Below, one piece after another: positions 1-7,144 of a DNA stretch of 18,473 nt (within the stretch, counting starts at the first letter, position 1; each line of letters opens with the position of its first letter). This stretch comes from Conexivisphaerales archaeon (lineage in GTDB: Archaea > Thermoproteota > Nitrososphaeria > Conexivisphaerales > DTJL01), in the NCBI GenBank assembly GCA_049509455.1, contig JBEKZX010000030.1:1-18473 (forward strand), read 5' to 3'. Position numbers and translations under genes: made by a program. Under the pieces are notes generated by a model. It worked only from the letters and a program-made list of their open reading frames with translations. It had not been told where the DNA came from and ran no database searches.

Positions 1-66
1 TCCTTGTGTGCGCGCTTGGTCGTATAGCTTCCTCAGTTTCTCTTCTTCCAGCGCGTAATCGGACAA
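1..66 (-). CDS. Possible 5' end of a gene running off the left edge (MSDYALEEEKLRKLYDQARTQG...)
   Basis: TTG at 66-64 opens a charged, helical-looking frame that stays open to base 1. Only 22 codons are visible and the TATA candidate (94-99) is weak. Confidence 0.25.
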   Translation of the reverse strand, partial: MSDYALEEEKLRKLYDQARTQG

Positions 67-278
67 CTTCGGAAATGAAGTCGTGGCGCTGTAGTTATGT
101 CTTTCTGATATGGGTCGCAGAATCGTTCAGGCACATCAAGGGTAGAATGGGATGATAGGGTGGTCGTAGATTCATGATATTCTTGGAAATCTGTCGCTGC
201 TGGAAAGAATCGCCACATCTTCAAGATTGTCATTCCCATATGTTCTCCAGTCAAGACTCGAGCTGTCGGCGGCGACAT

Positions 279-364
279 CCTCTTAATCTTGGTGATCAAG
301 AAGAAGGAGTATCGCTGCGCTGATGACGCCGTCGGCCTCGACCTTGTCTTCTAGACTTCGACGG
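279..364 (+). repeat. Direct repeat copy A (86 bp): relic of the ABC permease 3' end, its downstream spacer and the att-like core
   Basis: Ungapped hand alignment to 5141-5226 gives 76/86 identity. Includes a 25-bp exact run TCTTGGTGATCAAGAAGAAGGAGTA and a 19-bp exact run GACGCCGTCGGCCTCGACC. Confidence 0.93.
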
Positions 365-390
365 TGTCCCTGTCCTTGGGGTCCAGGGCC
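351..390 (+). repeat. att-like core copy 1 (40 bp, the last 13 codons plus stop of gene G)
   Basis: CTAGACTTCGACGGTGTCCCTGTCCTTGGGGTCCAGGGCC is identical 40/40 to 2625-2664. Confidence 0.95.
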
Positions 391-560
391 TTCTTCAGCT
401 GCTTTGTGACCCAGTCGGAGTTCTCTCTATTTCCTAGCTCCTTGGCTGCTTCGTCCCTGGACAGCTTGTCCGCCTTCTTCTGCTCTGCCTCGTAGAGCGT
501 GTGCATGTCCTTGTAGGCCACCCTCTTCCCCTTCGTGTCCTCCTCGACTACGGACGACAT
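351..560 (-). CDS. Small hypothetical protein (69 aa, called gene G here) whose 3' end is repeated through the window
   Basis: ATG at 560 with TTTAAG at -30..-25. Homologous fragments at 2625-2727 and 14614-14673 conserve this reading frame (…DWV..Q.K.ALDPKDRDTVEV*), which supports real coding function. Confidence 0.8.
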   Translation of the reverse strand: MSSVVEEDTKGKRVAYKDMHTLYEAEQKKADKLSRDEAAKELGNRENSDWVTKQLKKALDPKDRDTVEV

Positions 561-584
561 ATCAGTCTTTATCCGTGGTCCTCC

Positions 585-590
585 CTTAAA
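585..590 (-). promoter_or_regulatory. Archaeal TATA box (TTTAAG) of gene G
   Basis: Lies 25-30 nt upstream of the ATG at 560, the spacing expected for a leaderless archaeal transcript. Confidence 0.55.
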
Positions 591-894
591 GGTGCACCTA
601 TCTTCTCTATTGACAATTGGTCACATAACATGGCTAGCGTCTCAACATGGATGATCCTAATCCCGTCCTTCGTTGATAAGCACAGCCTCGCTTGGGCGAC
701 CCTGGTGACACCCGGTCGTCTCATGCTCGGTCGCCTTCCGTGCACCGCAGGTCAATTCCCTCGTAACTCAGGCGGCTATTAGGGAAGTAGGGTTGAGGGT
801 TTGCGCCCAACGGTGATCGGCTTTGACCCTGCCTCCCCTGGGCGGACCACAGGGACTCCGAGTGGCCTCTCCTGGCCGTAACGTTGGAAGATGG

Positions 895-1728
895 TTACCC
901 GACGCTGCTTCCGCCAGGGCTCGTGGGTCTGACGTAGCGGACAGGACGACCTAACAGGCCCTGGAGGAGCACGTAGTACACTATCAGGATAACCGCATAT
1001 GGTAGGAAGAGGTATAGCACCACAATCGATAACGTGCCACCGGCCACGACGAGATAGGTCAACGTGAAATCATAGAAGGCGTGCGTGAACATGGTGACGA
1101 ACATGTTTCCGGTGAGCTGATACATATACGAGAAGGCCAGCGCCCCAAAGGCGAACCTGCTGATGGCGGAGATGGATAGGAGCTCGACGATCCGGTACAG
1201 GCCCGTCGACGGGCTGAAGGAGGAGAGGTCCGTGGGGACGTGGACGAGCGAAAACACGGCCGCGGAAACCAGCAGCCCAGAAGTGACACCGAACCTCCTG
1301 CTGGTGCCGACCTGAACGAAGCCCCTGAAGATGTATTCTTCGGCGAAGGCGACCAGCGCGACGCTGAAGGCGACGGCCGCGAGAGGGAGACCGGGCGTGA
1401 CGGCGACGAAGGTCGACGACCAGCCGCCTCCGAGCCAGACTAACAGGACGATGCCGGCCATGAAGGCCACGAAGAGGGGCGAAGCGAGGAGGAGGTCCTT
1501 CTTCGTCAGGCCGAGGTCCCTCCACGCAATGCCCTCGGATTTCATCGCAATGGCCCCGAAGCAGATTATTACCACATAACCCATCATCTGCTGAATAACG
1601 CCGACGTAAGGGCCGAGGGCGTTCCATACCATCGTGAGCATTTTGGCGTCCCCGTTGAGGAGAAAGAGTAGAAGCGTAAGAGAAACCACAAAGAAGGCGC
1701 CTAGGGCGGCGCTGGGCTTCTTGGACAA
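895..1728 (-). CDS. CPBP (CAAX prenyl protease / Abi) family intramembrane glutamic metalloprotease
   Basis: Multiple TM segments and the family motifs EEYIFRG, FSLVH and HAFYD. TTG start. Confidence 0.9.
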   Translation of the reverse strand: MSKKPSAALGAFFVVSLTLLLFLLNGDAKMLTMVWNALGPYVGVIQQMMGYVVIICFGAIAMKSEGIAWRDLGLTKKDLLLASPLFVAFMAGIVLLVWLGGGWSSTFVAVTPGLPLAAVAFSVALVAFAEEYIFRGFVQVGTSRRFGVTSGLLVSAAVFSLVHVPTDLSSFSPSTGLYRIVELLSISAISRFAFGALAFSYMYQLTGNMFVTMFTHAFYDFTLTYLVVAGGTLSIVVLYLFLPYAVILIVYYVLLQGLLGRPVRYVRPTSPGGSSVG

Positions 1729-1993
1729 CCTGAAATGCGCATACGAAGTCCGGCCTGAGCTTAATTAAGTTTGGGAGAGATGACTCCGCAATCTTGCCGT
1801 TCCATGTCCGCCGTCACCCGTCGCCCCTCGGGTGATGACCGACTTGAACCGGGGCCACGGTTCATCACGGGAAATGGTGAGGAATGCTGCGGGATGGTGG
1901 GATGCCCCAGATGAAACGAAGAAGGGTGGCCAACTTCGACAGAGGAGATGAGCGTTCCAAAATGAACCGCGATTCAAAGGCTTCTCTCCCATG

Positions 1994-2001
1994 TTTATAT
2001 A
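1994..2001 (+). promoter_or_regulatory. TATA box TTTATATA
   Basis: Lies 24-31 nt upstream of the ATG at 2025. Confidence 0.65.
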
Positions 2002-2024
2002 GACAGGGAGACCAAATACATATT

Positions 2025-2540
2025 ATGCCATTCTGCCCCGCCTGCGGAAAGCCCGTGGACGCCAACGTCGTCTTCTGTCCCAGTTGCGGATACAACATGC
2101 AGTCGGTTGGGCAAGGCGTCCCCCTTCCTGGAGGCGCGCCGCCCATGTCCATGCCGATGACCAGGGTGAGGCCCACTGGCGTTACGATACTGGCGATCCT
2201 TCAGATGCTCGGAGGGGTCCTGGTCTTCCTCCTCGGGATAGCGGCCGTGTCTGTTGCCGGGATGACCTCCACCCTTTCGACCTATGGCTACGGCTACCTA
2301 GCCGGGGCCATCGGGGTAGTAGGAGGGGTCATCATGGTCATAGGTCTGATTGGGATTGTTTTCGGGTATGGCCTTTGGAAGGGCATGAGCTGGGCCTGGT
2401 GGGCGACCCTGATATTCTCGATACTGGGAGCATTGGGGAGTCTGGTGGCGCTCCCGAGCGGTATCGTCGGCCTTCTCATCGAGGCGGCCATCATATACTA
2501 TCTCACCCGACCCGGCGTCAGGCAATATTTCCGCAAGTGA
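2025..2540 (+). CDS. Zinc-ribbon domain membrane protein (N-terminal double CxxC, Pro-rich linker, about 4 TM helices)
   Basis: MPFCPACGKPVDANVVFCPSCG followed by hydrophobic helices. Start moved from the track's 1884 to 2025 because of the TATA spacing and the domain start. Confidence 0.85.
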   Translation: MPFCPACGKPVDANVVFCPSCGYNMQSVGQGVPLPGGAPPMSMPMTRVRPTGVTILAILQMLGGVLVFLLGIAAVSVAGMTSTLSTYGYGYLAGAIGVVGGVIMVIGLIGIVFGYGLWKGMSWAWWATLIFSILGALGSLVALPSGIVGLLIEAAIIYYLTRPGVRQYFRK

Positions 2541-2624
2541 GTGTATCAACAGCCGCCTATGGTGTGGTGATGCCGGAGTCAGTAGAGTAGATGAGACTCT
2601 CCAGTGGCGGCCTTGCTGTCTATG

Positions 2625-2727
2625 CTAGACTTCGACGGTGTCCCTGTCCTTGGGGTCCAGGGCCTACTTCGACTGTCTCCTGACCCAGTCGGAGCTCTCT
2701 CCGTTCTTCAGCTCCTTTGCGGCATCG
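2625..2727 (-). pseudogene. Truncated copy 2 of gene G 3' end (DAAKELKNGESSDWVRRQSK*ALDPKDRDTVEV*)
   Basis: 40/40 identity to 351-390, then 46/63 ungapped identity to 391-453. In-frame TAG at 2666-2664 replaces Lys. Confidence 0.9.
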
Positions 2728-2811
2728 GCAGTGAACGCCTCCTCTAGATGACTTCTCCATCGGGCTGGTCGAGCCATAGAGAGGATACACGTATATCGCT
2801 CAGCAGGTAAA

Positions 2812-3765
2812 ATGACATATGGCGTGCTGACCATAGAGGGCCTTTCCAAGGAGTTCGGGGCGACCAAGAAGGTCCCCGCCTTGAAGTCGGTGAACCTCGA
2901 GGTCAACAAGGGGGAGATCGTCGGTTTCGTGGGGCTCAACGGCGCAGGGAAGACCACCACCATAAGGATCGTGGCCGGAGTAATCCGGCCGACCTCCGGC
3001 TCCGTCCGCGTCGAAGGCCTGGACGCCTTCAACAACCACGAGAAGGCCGCAGAGCTCTTCTCCTGGGTCCCCGAGAACCCCATCTTCGACCTCGGCTCGA
3101 ACGCCAGGAACTGGCTCCTCTACGTGTCAAGGTTCGGGTCGAAGGAGGTATCCGCCTCCCAGGTGGACGAGGCGCTCTCCAAGGTGGGCCTTGGCGACAA
3201 GGGGCGCGTGAAGTTGAAGGCCTATTCCCTGGGGATGAAGAGGAGGCTGGCCCTCGCTCAGGCCTTCCTCGAGGAGCCTCAGCTCCTGCTCATGGATGAA
3301 GCCATGAACGGGCTTGACCCGGAGGGGATGCACTTCTTCAGGGAGACCGTGAGGGACTTCAGGAACAAGGGAGGAGCCGTCCTCCTTTCGTCCCACGTCC
3401 TGACGGAGATCTCGGGAGTCTCCGACAGGGTCTCCTTCATACATAGAGGGACGACCTTCGAAACGAAGACCCTCGACGACCTCAAGCAGGAGTTCCAGTC
3501 CTCTTACGGCGCCTCGGTGACCTTCGAAGTCCAGGGGCTCGCCGACGCTGACCTCCTTGAAATTGGGCGGCTCTCCGGCGAGAAGGTCTCCTACGACGGG
3601 AAGGCCCTCGAGCTGAAGAGCGCCGACGAGTCCGTGGTCTCGGGCGTCAACAGGTACCTTGTGAGCGCCGGCCGCACCGTCACAGGCATAAGGCGGGTGG
3701 ACTTCAACCTGGAGCAGCTCTTCCTGGACAAGGTGCGTGAAGCCGACAGGAGGATGGGAGCTTGA
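2812..3765 (+). CDS. ABC-2 type exporter ATP-binding subunit
   Basis: Walker A GLNGAGKTT, signature YSLGMKRR, Walker B LLLMDE and H-loop SSH. Confidence 0.95.
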   Translation: MTYGVLTIEGLSKEFGATKKVPALKSVNLEVNKGEIVGFVGLNGAGKTTTIRIVAGVIRPTSGSVRVEGLDAFNNHEKAAELFSWVPENPIFDLGSNARNWLLYVSRFGSKEVSASQVDEALSKVGLGDKGRVKLKAYSLGMKRRLALAQAFLEEPQLLLMDEAMNGLDPEGMHFFRETVRDFRNKGGAVLLSSHVLTEISGVSDRVSFIHRGTTFETKTLDDLKQEFQSSYGASVTFEVQGLADADLLEIGRLSGEKVSYDGKALELKSADESVVSGVNRYLVSAGRTVTGIRRVDFNLEQLFLDKVREADRRMGA

Positions 3766-5174
3766 ACAAGGCCCTCCTCGTCTTCACGACAGAGCTTGTC
3801 AGGCAGCTGAAGAGCTGGAAGGTCCTGGTCGTCGTCGCCCTCATGCTCGCCCTTCTGATCTCAATCACGGCCTCCTACTCGGTCTCCGTTCAGCAGACTT
3901 CGTTCAACCAAGTCCAGCCCATGGCCGTCGCCATCAACGACACCGGCTTCCTCGGTGTCAGGGCGTATGTAGTCGACGGGGTGGGCAACCCGGTCTCCGT
4001 CCATCTCACTGTAGAGAAGGACGAGATGCAGCAAACGCCTCCGTACCAGTCGACGCCCATAGCGAGCTTCGACCTCTACACGGGCTCCGACGGCTTCGGA
4101 TACGTCAGGACCAACCTGAGCTACTCCGAGCTCAATCCCCCATCTAACGGAAGCTTCCCCAGTTATGAAATCATGATAGTCCAGAGGTCGGGCAGCAGTA
4201 GCTCTTCGAGCTCCCTGGGAGGCGGCTTCCACTTCCCTGAAAACGTCTCGGTGGAGACCGCGTCCGTCGTCTCCCCCAGCAACTCTTCGATCCCCGGAAT
4301 AGTGGTGTGGGGCATGAACCAGGATGGCACTCCCCTGTCGGCCCAAGTGTATGTGGGCGGAGTCTACAGGGGCGACCTCTCCAACGGCACTTTCAAGGGA
4401 TTCTACGATGTCGACAGCGCCGAGGTGGAGATATCCTACGGCTCTGAGGCCAACGTGAGCGTCGGGATGGTCTACAGATCTCAGAACTATTACTCGCTTC
4501 CACCAGCCGACGTGCTCATGATGTCAGTGAGCCAGGGCTTCCTGTCCTTCTTCGTACCCATCGCGGCGATCATCGCGGGATACGACGCCCTCGCGAGGGA
4601 GAAGGTGACGGGGGCCATCGAGCTGGTCATTTCGAGGCCCGTGTCCAAGGGGAAGGTCTACTGGGGGAAGACGGGGGGCGCCCTGGCCGCCATGGGCGTC
4701 TACTTCCTGGCCGTGTCGGTCGTCTTCTACCTCTTCGCCCGCTACATCGGTATCAGCCTCACCCTGGGCGACCTCGCCCTCACGTTCGCGGGGACGCTCT
4801 TCCTTCTCTTCATCTTCATCTTCTTCGAGTCCATCACCGGGTTCTTCGGGAGGAGCACCACCGCCCCCATACTCTGGGGCGTCCTCCTCTGGGTGTTCTT
4901 CAGCATAGTCTTCGGCATACTTACGTCGCTTCCGCTCCTGCTCACGGGGGGCGCCGTCAACTCCGCCTACGGGCTGGCCTTCGAGAACCTCATAAGCCTC
5001 TGCAACCCGGTCAGGGTGGCCACGCTGATAATGGGCCTCTCCTTCTTCAACAGCTCGAGCTCTTTCACGTCTAGCACGTATGGCCTGACGCCCACCATGG
5101 TCGTAGCCAGCGCCGTCGTCTGGGTCGTCGCCGTCACAGCCCTCTTCGTCTTGGTGATCAAGAAGAAGGAGTAG
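3762..5174 (+). CDS. ABC-2 type exporter permease with a large extracellular Ser-rich loop
   Basis: 4-bp overlap (TTGA) with the ATPase gene. One N-terminal TM, a ~200-aa loop, then the family motif GYDALAREKVTGAIELVISRPVSK and about 5 further TMs. Confidence 0.9.
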   Translation: MNKALLVFTTELVRQLKSWKVLVVVALMLALLISITASYSVSVQQTSFNQVQPMAVAINDTGFLGVRAYVVDGVGNPVSVHLTVEKDEMQQTPPYQSTPIASFDLYTGSDGFGYVRTNLSYSELNPPSNGSFPSYEIMIVQRSGSSSSSSSLGGGFHFPENVSVETASVVSPSNSSIPGIVVWGMNQDGTPLSAQVYVGGVYRGDLSNGTFKGFYDVDSAEVEISYGSEANVSVGMVYRSQNYYSLPPADVLMMSVSQGFLSFFVPIAAIIAGYDALAREKVTGAIELVISRPVSKGKVYWGKTGGALAAMGVYFLAVSVVFYLFARYIGISLTLGDLALTFAGTLFLLFIFIFFESITGFFGRSTTAPILWGVLLWVFFSIVFGILTSLPLLLTGGAVNSAYGLAFENLISLCNPVRVATLIMGLSFFNSSSSFTSSTYGLTPTMVVASAVVWVVAVTALFVLVIKKKE

Positions 5175-5226
5175 CGCTGCTCTGACGACGCCGTCGGCCT
5201 CGACCATGGCTTCACGACTTCGAAGG
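5141..5226 (+). repeat. Direct repeat copy B (86 bp), ending in a degenerate att-like core at 5213-5226
   Basis: 76/86 to 279-364. The core CACGACTTCGAAGG matches CTAGACTTCGACGG at 11/14, in the same register as copy A. Confidence 0.9.
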
Positions 5227-5276
5227 ATTGTCCGCTCGAGAGCTCAGAGATATGTATCATTTCACCATAGGCGCAA
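5216..5276 (+). pseudogene. Probable N-terminal piece of the GNAT gene separated by the IS (DFEGLSARELRDMYHFTIGA)
   Basis: Directly abuts the IS right end. Joined to 6476 onward it gives a GNAT-like spacing from the alpha1 Asp to the LVA strand, but needs a 1-nt frame correction. Confidence 0.45.
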
Positions 5277-5450
5277 GTCAACTACCCACGCCTGAAGGGT
5301 GTGGGCTTGTAACTCCCAGTTGGGCTACAATGGGCTGGTTGGCAACAGCCCTAGCGGCGATGTTCCTCGCGCCTACGTAGTCGGCCATCTCCTTGTATCC
5401 ACACGAGATACATTCAAAGTCGTTCCTCGTTGGCCGATTCCTCTTATCGA
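5261..5450 (-). ncRNA. Predicted TnpB omega/reRNA (3' of tnpB plus right-end hairpin plus flank-derived guide); 5' limit approximate
   Basis: Established TnpB architecture, in which the RNA overlaps the 3' end of the ORF and the right end and the guide is the adjacent flank. Here the guide would begin TTGCGCCTATGGTGAA (5276 to 5261). The 5' boundary cannot be determined from sequence. Confidence 0.6.
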
Positions 5451-6475
5451 CCACATGGCACTCCGGGCATTCTATCGACGTATTCCTTGGATCGACGACG
5501 GACATGGGAACGCCTTCTCTCTTCGCCTTATATTCAATGAACTCCCTCAGTTGGCGGAACGCCCACTTCGAGTGCCTGTCTCGCTGGCCATGCCAAACCG
5601 TTACCCTGGAGCGAATCCCACCCAAATCCTCGATGGCGATCGCCCTAGTTGTGCCTTTGGCCTTCGAGACGATGGCTTTGGATATCACATGGTTCGTGTC
5701 TTGCTTGAACCGTCTTTCCCTTCCGCTCATCTTCTTCAGATGCCTCTTTGCAGACTTGGTTCCCGTCTGCTGAAGCGACGACCTCAATCTGTTGTATCGG
5801 CTCCGTACGGCTTCTACCTTCTTGCCGCTGAAGACCTGCCCATCGCTATCGGTGGCGATGTTCTCTATCCCGAGGTCGACACCGAGCATTCCTCTTGGTT
5901 CAAATTCATTCTCTTCGGGAGCGTCCACGACGGCGACAAGATAGAAGACGCCCTTCCTGTAGATGAGGTCGGCTTGGCCCCGAATCCTGTCGGCTCTCGC
6001 TCGCTGGTAGTCTCCTATTCGGGTGGAGAGTTTGATCCTTCCCTCAAGTGTAATGAGGGAGACCCTGTCGATCCCCTTCCACGAGAGGTTTCGCTGGTCG
6101 TACTGTATCGCCCCCAACTCCTTGAACGATGGTTTTACGCTCTTGTCTCGCTTGTACGCCTCTACGACCTTGCTTATGACTCGGATGGCAAACTGGGCGC
6201 TGAGATTGAACTGCTCTCTTATCTCCCTGTAGAATGATTTTTGGAGTTCGTATTTGTTTGCCACCTTCAGCTCGAATGCCTCCTCCGCTAAGGAGTTGGC
6301 GGCGGCGTTGTATTGCCTCATGGTCTTCAGCAGGAGTTCCCTCTCCCGGTCATTTGTTTCGAGGCGTATCAGGAGAGACTGAAGCATTGAAACTTCCTAT
6401 CAATAAATGCATATTTAGACTTTCTGCCGCGATTCCTCCCACGACTGAAGCCGTGGGCTTCCTCGCTTCTTTATG
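5277..6475 (-). mobile_element. IS200/IS605-family TnpB-only (IS1341-like, non-autonomous) element, 1199 bp
   Basis: Left-end hairpin CCCACGGCTTCAGTCGTGGG (6457-6438) preceded by GAAG, with TCAC 14 nt further out (6479-6476). Right-end hairpin CCCACACCCTTCAGGCGTGGG (5305-5285) preceded by CAAG and followed by TAGTTGAC (ends 5277). No tnpA inside and no target duplication. Confidence 0.88.
5278..6387 (-). CDS. tnpB: TnpB RNA-guided endonuclease
   Basis: RuvC-I GVDLGIENIA, RuvC-II IAIEDL, zinc finger CPEC...CISC and RuvC-III ADYVGARNI. 369 aa with all three catalytic acidic residues present. Confidence 0.95.
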   Translation of the reverse strand: MLQSLLIRLETNDRERELLLKTMRQYNAAANSLAEEAFELKVANKYELQKSFYREIREQFNLSAQFAIRVISKVVEAYKRDKSVKPSFKELGAIQYDQRNLSWKGIDRVSLITLEGRIKLSTRIGDYQRARADRIRGQADLIYRKGVFYLVAVVDAPEENEFEPRGMLGVDLGIENIATDSDGQVFSGKKVEAVRSRYNRLRSSLQQTGTKSAKRHLKKMSGRERRFKQDTNHVISKAIVSKAKGTTRAIAIEDLGGIRSRVTVWHGQRDRHSKWAFRQLREFIEYKAKREGVPMSVVDPRNTSIECPECHVVDKRNRPTRNDFECISCGYKEMADYVGARNIAARAVANQPIVAQLGVTSPHPSGVGS

Positions 6476-6868
6476 GTGATTTCAGACAGGATCGAATTTG
6501 ACCTTGCACTGTATCCCAGAACTTGCCTGGTCGCCTCTAACGGTAGAGGGTTAATGGGCTTCTCGCTGACGGAGGTCACTGGCTCATACGCTTCCATATT
6601 CTTGCTCGTCGTCAATCCGGAGCGCAGGAGGAGAGGTGTGGGGTCGGCGCTGGTTGCTGACACGCTCAATCGACTGGCGGACGAGGGAGTCGAGTACGTC
6701 GAACTCATGACCTCCCTGGAGAACGAATCGGCTCAATCCTTCTGGATGAGGCAGGGCTTCAAAGACGCGAAGATGAAGGTCCTCTCCAAAGTCTCAAGGC
6801 GACGCGATACTCGGCGGAAGACTCAGGCCTTCAAGCTAGAGGAAGAGGCGAAAGCCAAGGGAAGATAA
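6473..6868 (+). pseudogene. GNAT family N-acetyltransferase, probably 5'-truncated by the IS
   Basis: Motif A VVNPERRRRGVGSALV and motif B ENESAQSFWMRQGF. The usual N-terminal beta1/alpha1 is missing and the ATG (6473-6475) lies inside the predicted IS left end. Confidence 0.75.
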
Positions 6869-7115
6869 CGTAGATTTGGGTGCCAGCTGCTGGGCCTCCG
6901 TCTAACAGGTCTAGGGACCAGGATGGCAGCCCCACAAGGGCGAGAGCGACCGCCATGGCCAGCACGACCTTCCAGTTCGACGGTACCTACTTCGCTTCAT
7001 GAGATGATGCGAAGAGAACCTTTTTGAATGATTCGACCCCACCGGCGGAGGGTTTCAACCTTCCTCCTTCACTAGCTTCAGGAGGACCCGGTAGCCCTCC
7101 TTCTCTCCGCCACCG

Positions 7116-7121
7116 TTAATA
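7116..7121 (+). promoter_or_regulatory. TATA-like TTAATA
   Basis: Lies 24-29 nt upstream of the GTG at 7145. Confidence 0.45.
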
Positions 7122-7144
7122 GCTCCCTCCGGTCATGAAGGGTT

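Noticed and set aside
33-299. 88-aa minus-strand ORF
   Set aside because: Starts within the antisense of the permease relic, has no motifs or promoter, and is probably spurious.
600-890. Possible structured RNA or decayed gene between gene G and the CPBP protease (e.g. GGCGACC...GGTCGCC)
   Set aside because: No tRNA, SRP or RNase P signature motifs, stems are short and GC-driven, and no recognisable protein fragment.
1884-2024. N-terminal extension of the zinc-ribbon ORF
   Set aside because: A TATA box lies inside it at the right distance from the ATG at 2025 and the extension has no domain character.
5299-6237. 312-aa plus-strand ORF
   Set aside because: Antisense shadow of tnpB with no motifs.
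5262-6479. TCACCATA (5262-5269) / TATGGTGA (6472-6479) as terminal inverted repeats of the IS
   Set aside because: IS200/IS605 elements use hairpins rather than terminal inverted repeats. The ends are better explained by the guide/cleavage pairing, and this 8-bp match straddles the boundaries.
6976-6984. TTCGACGGT matching part of the att-like core, within a short frame reading FQFDGTYF that resembles FEFDGAYF of the PPOX gene
   Set aside because: Only 9 bp, lacks the CTAGAC start, and the peptide spacing to the upstream DGSP does not fit the PPOX pattern. Chance cannot be excluded.
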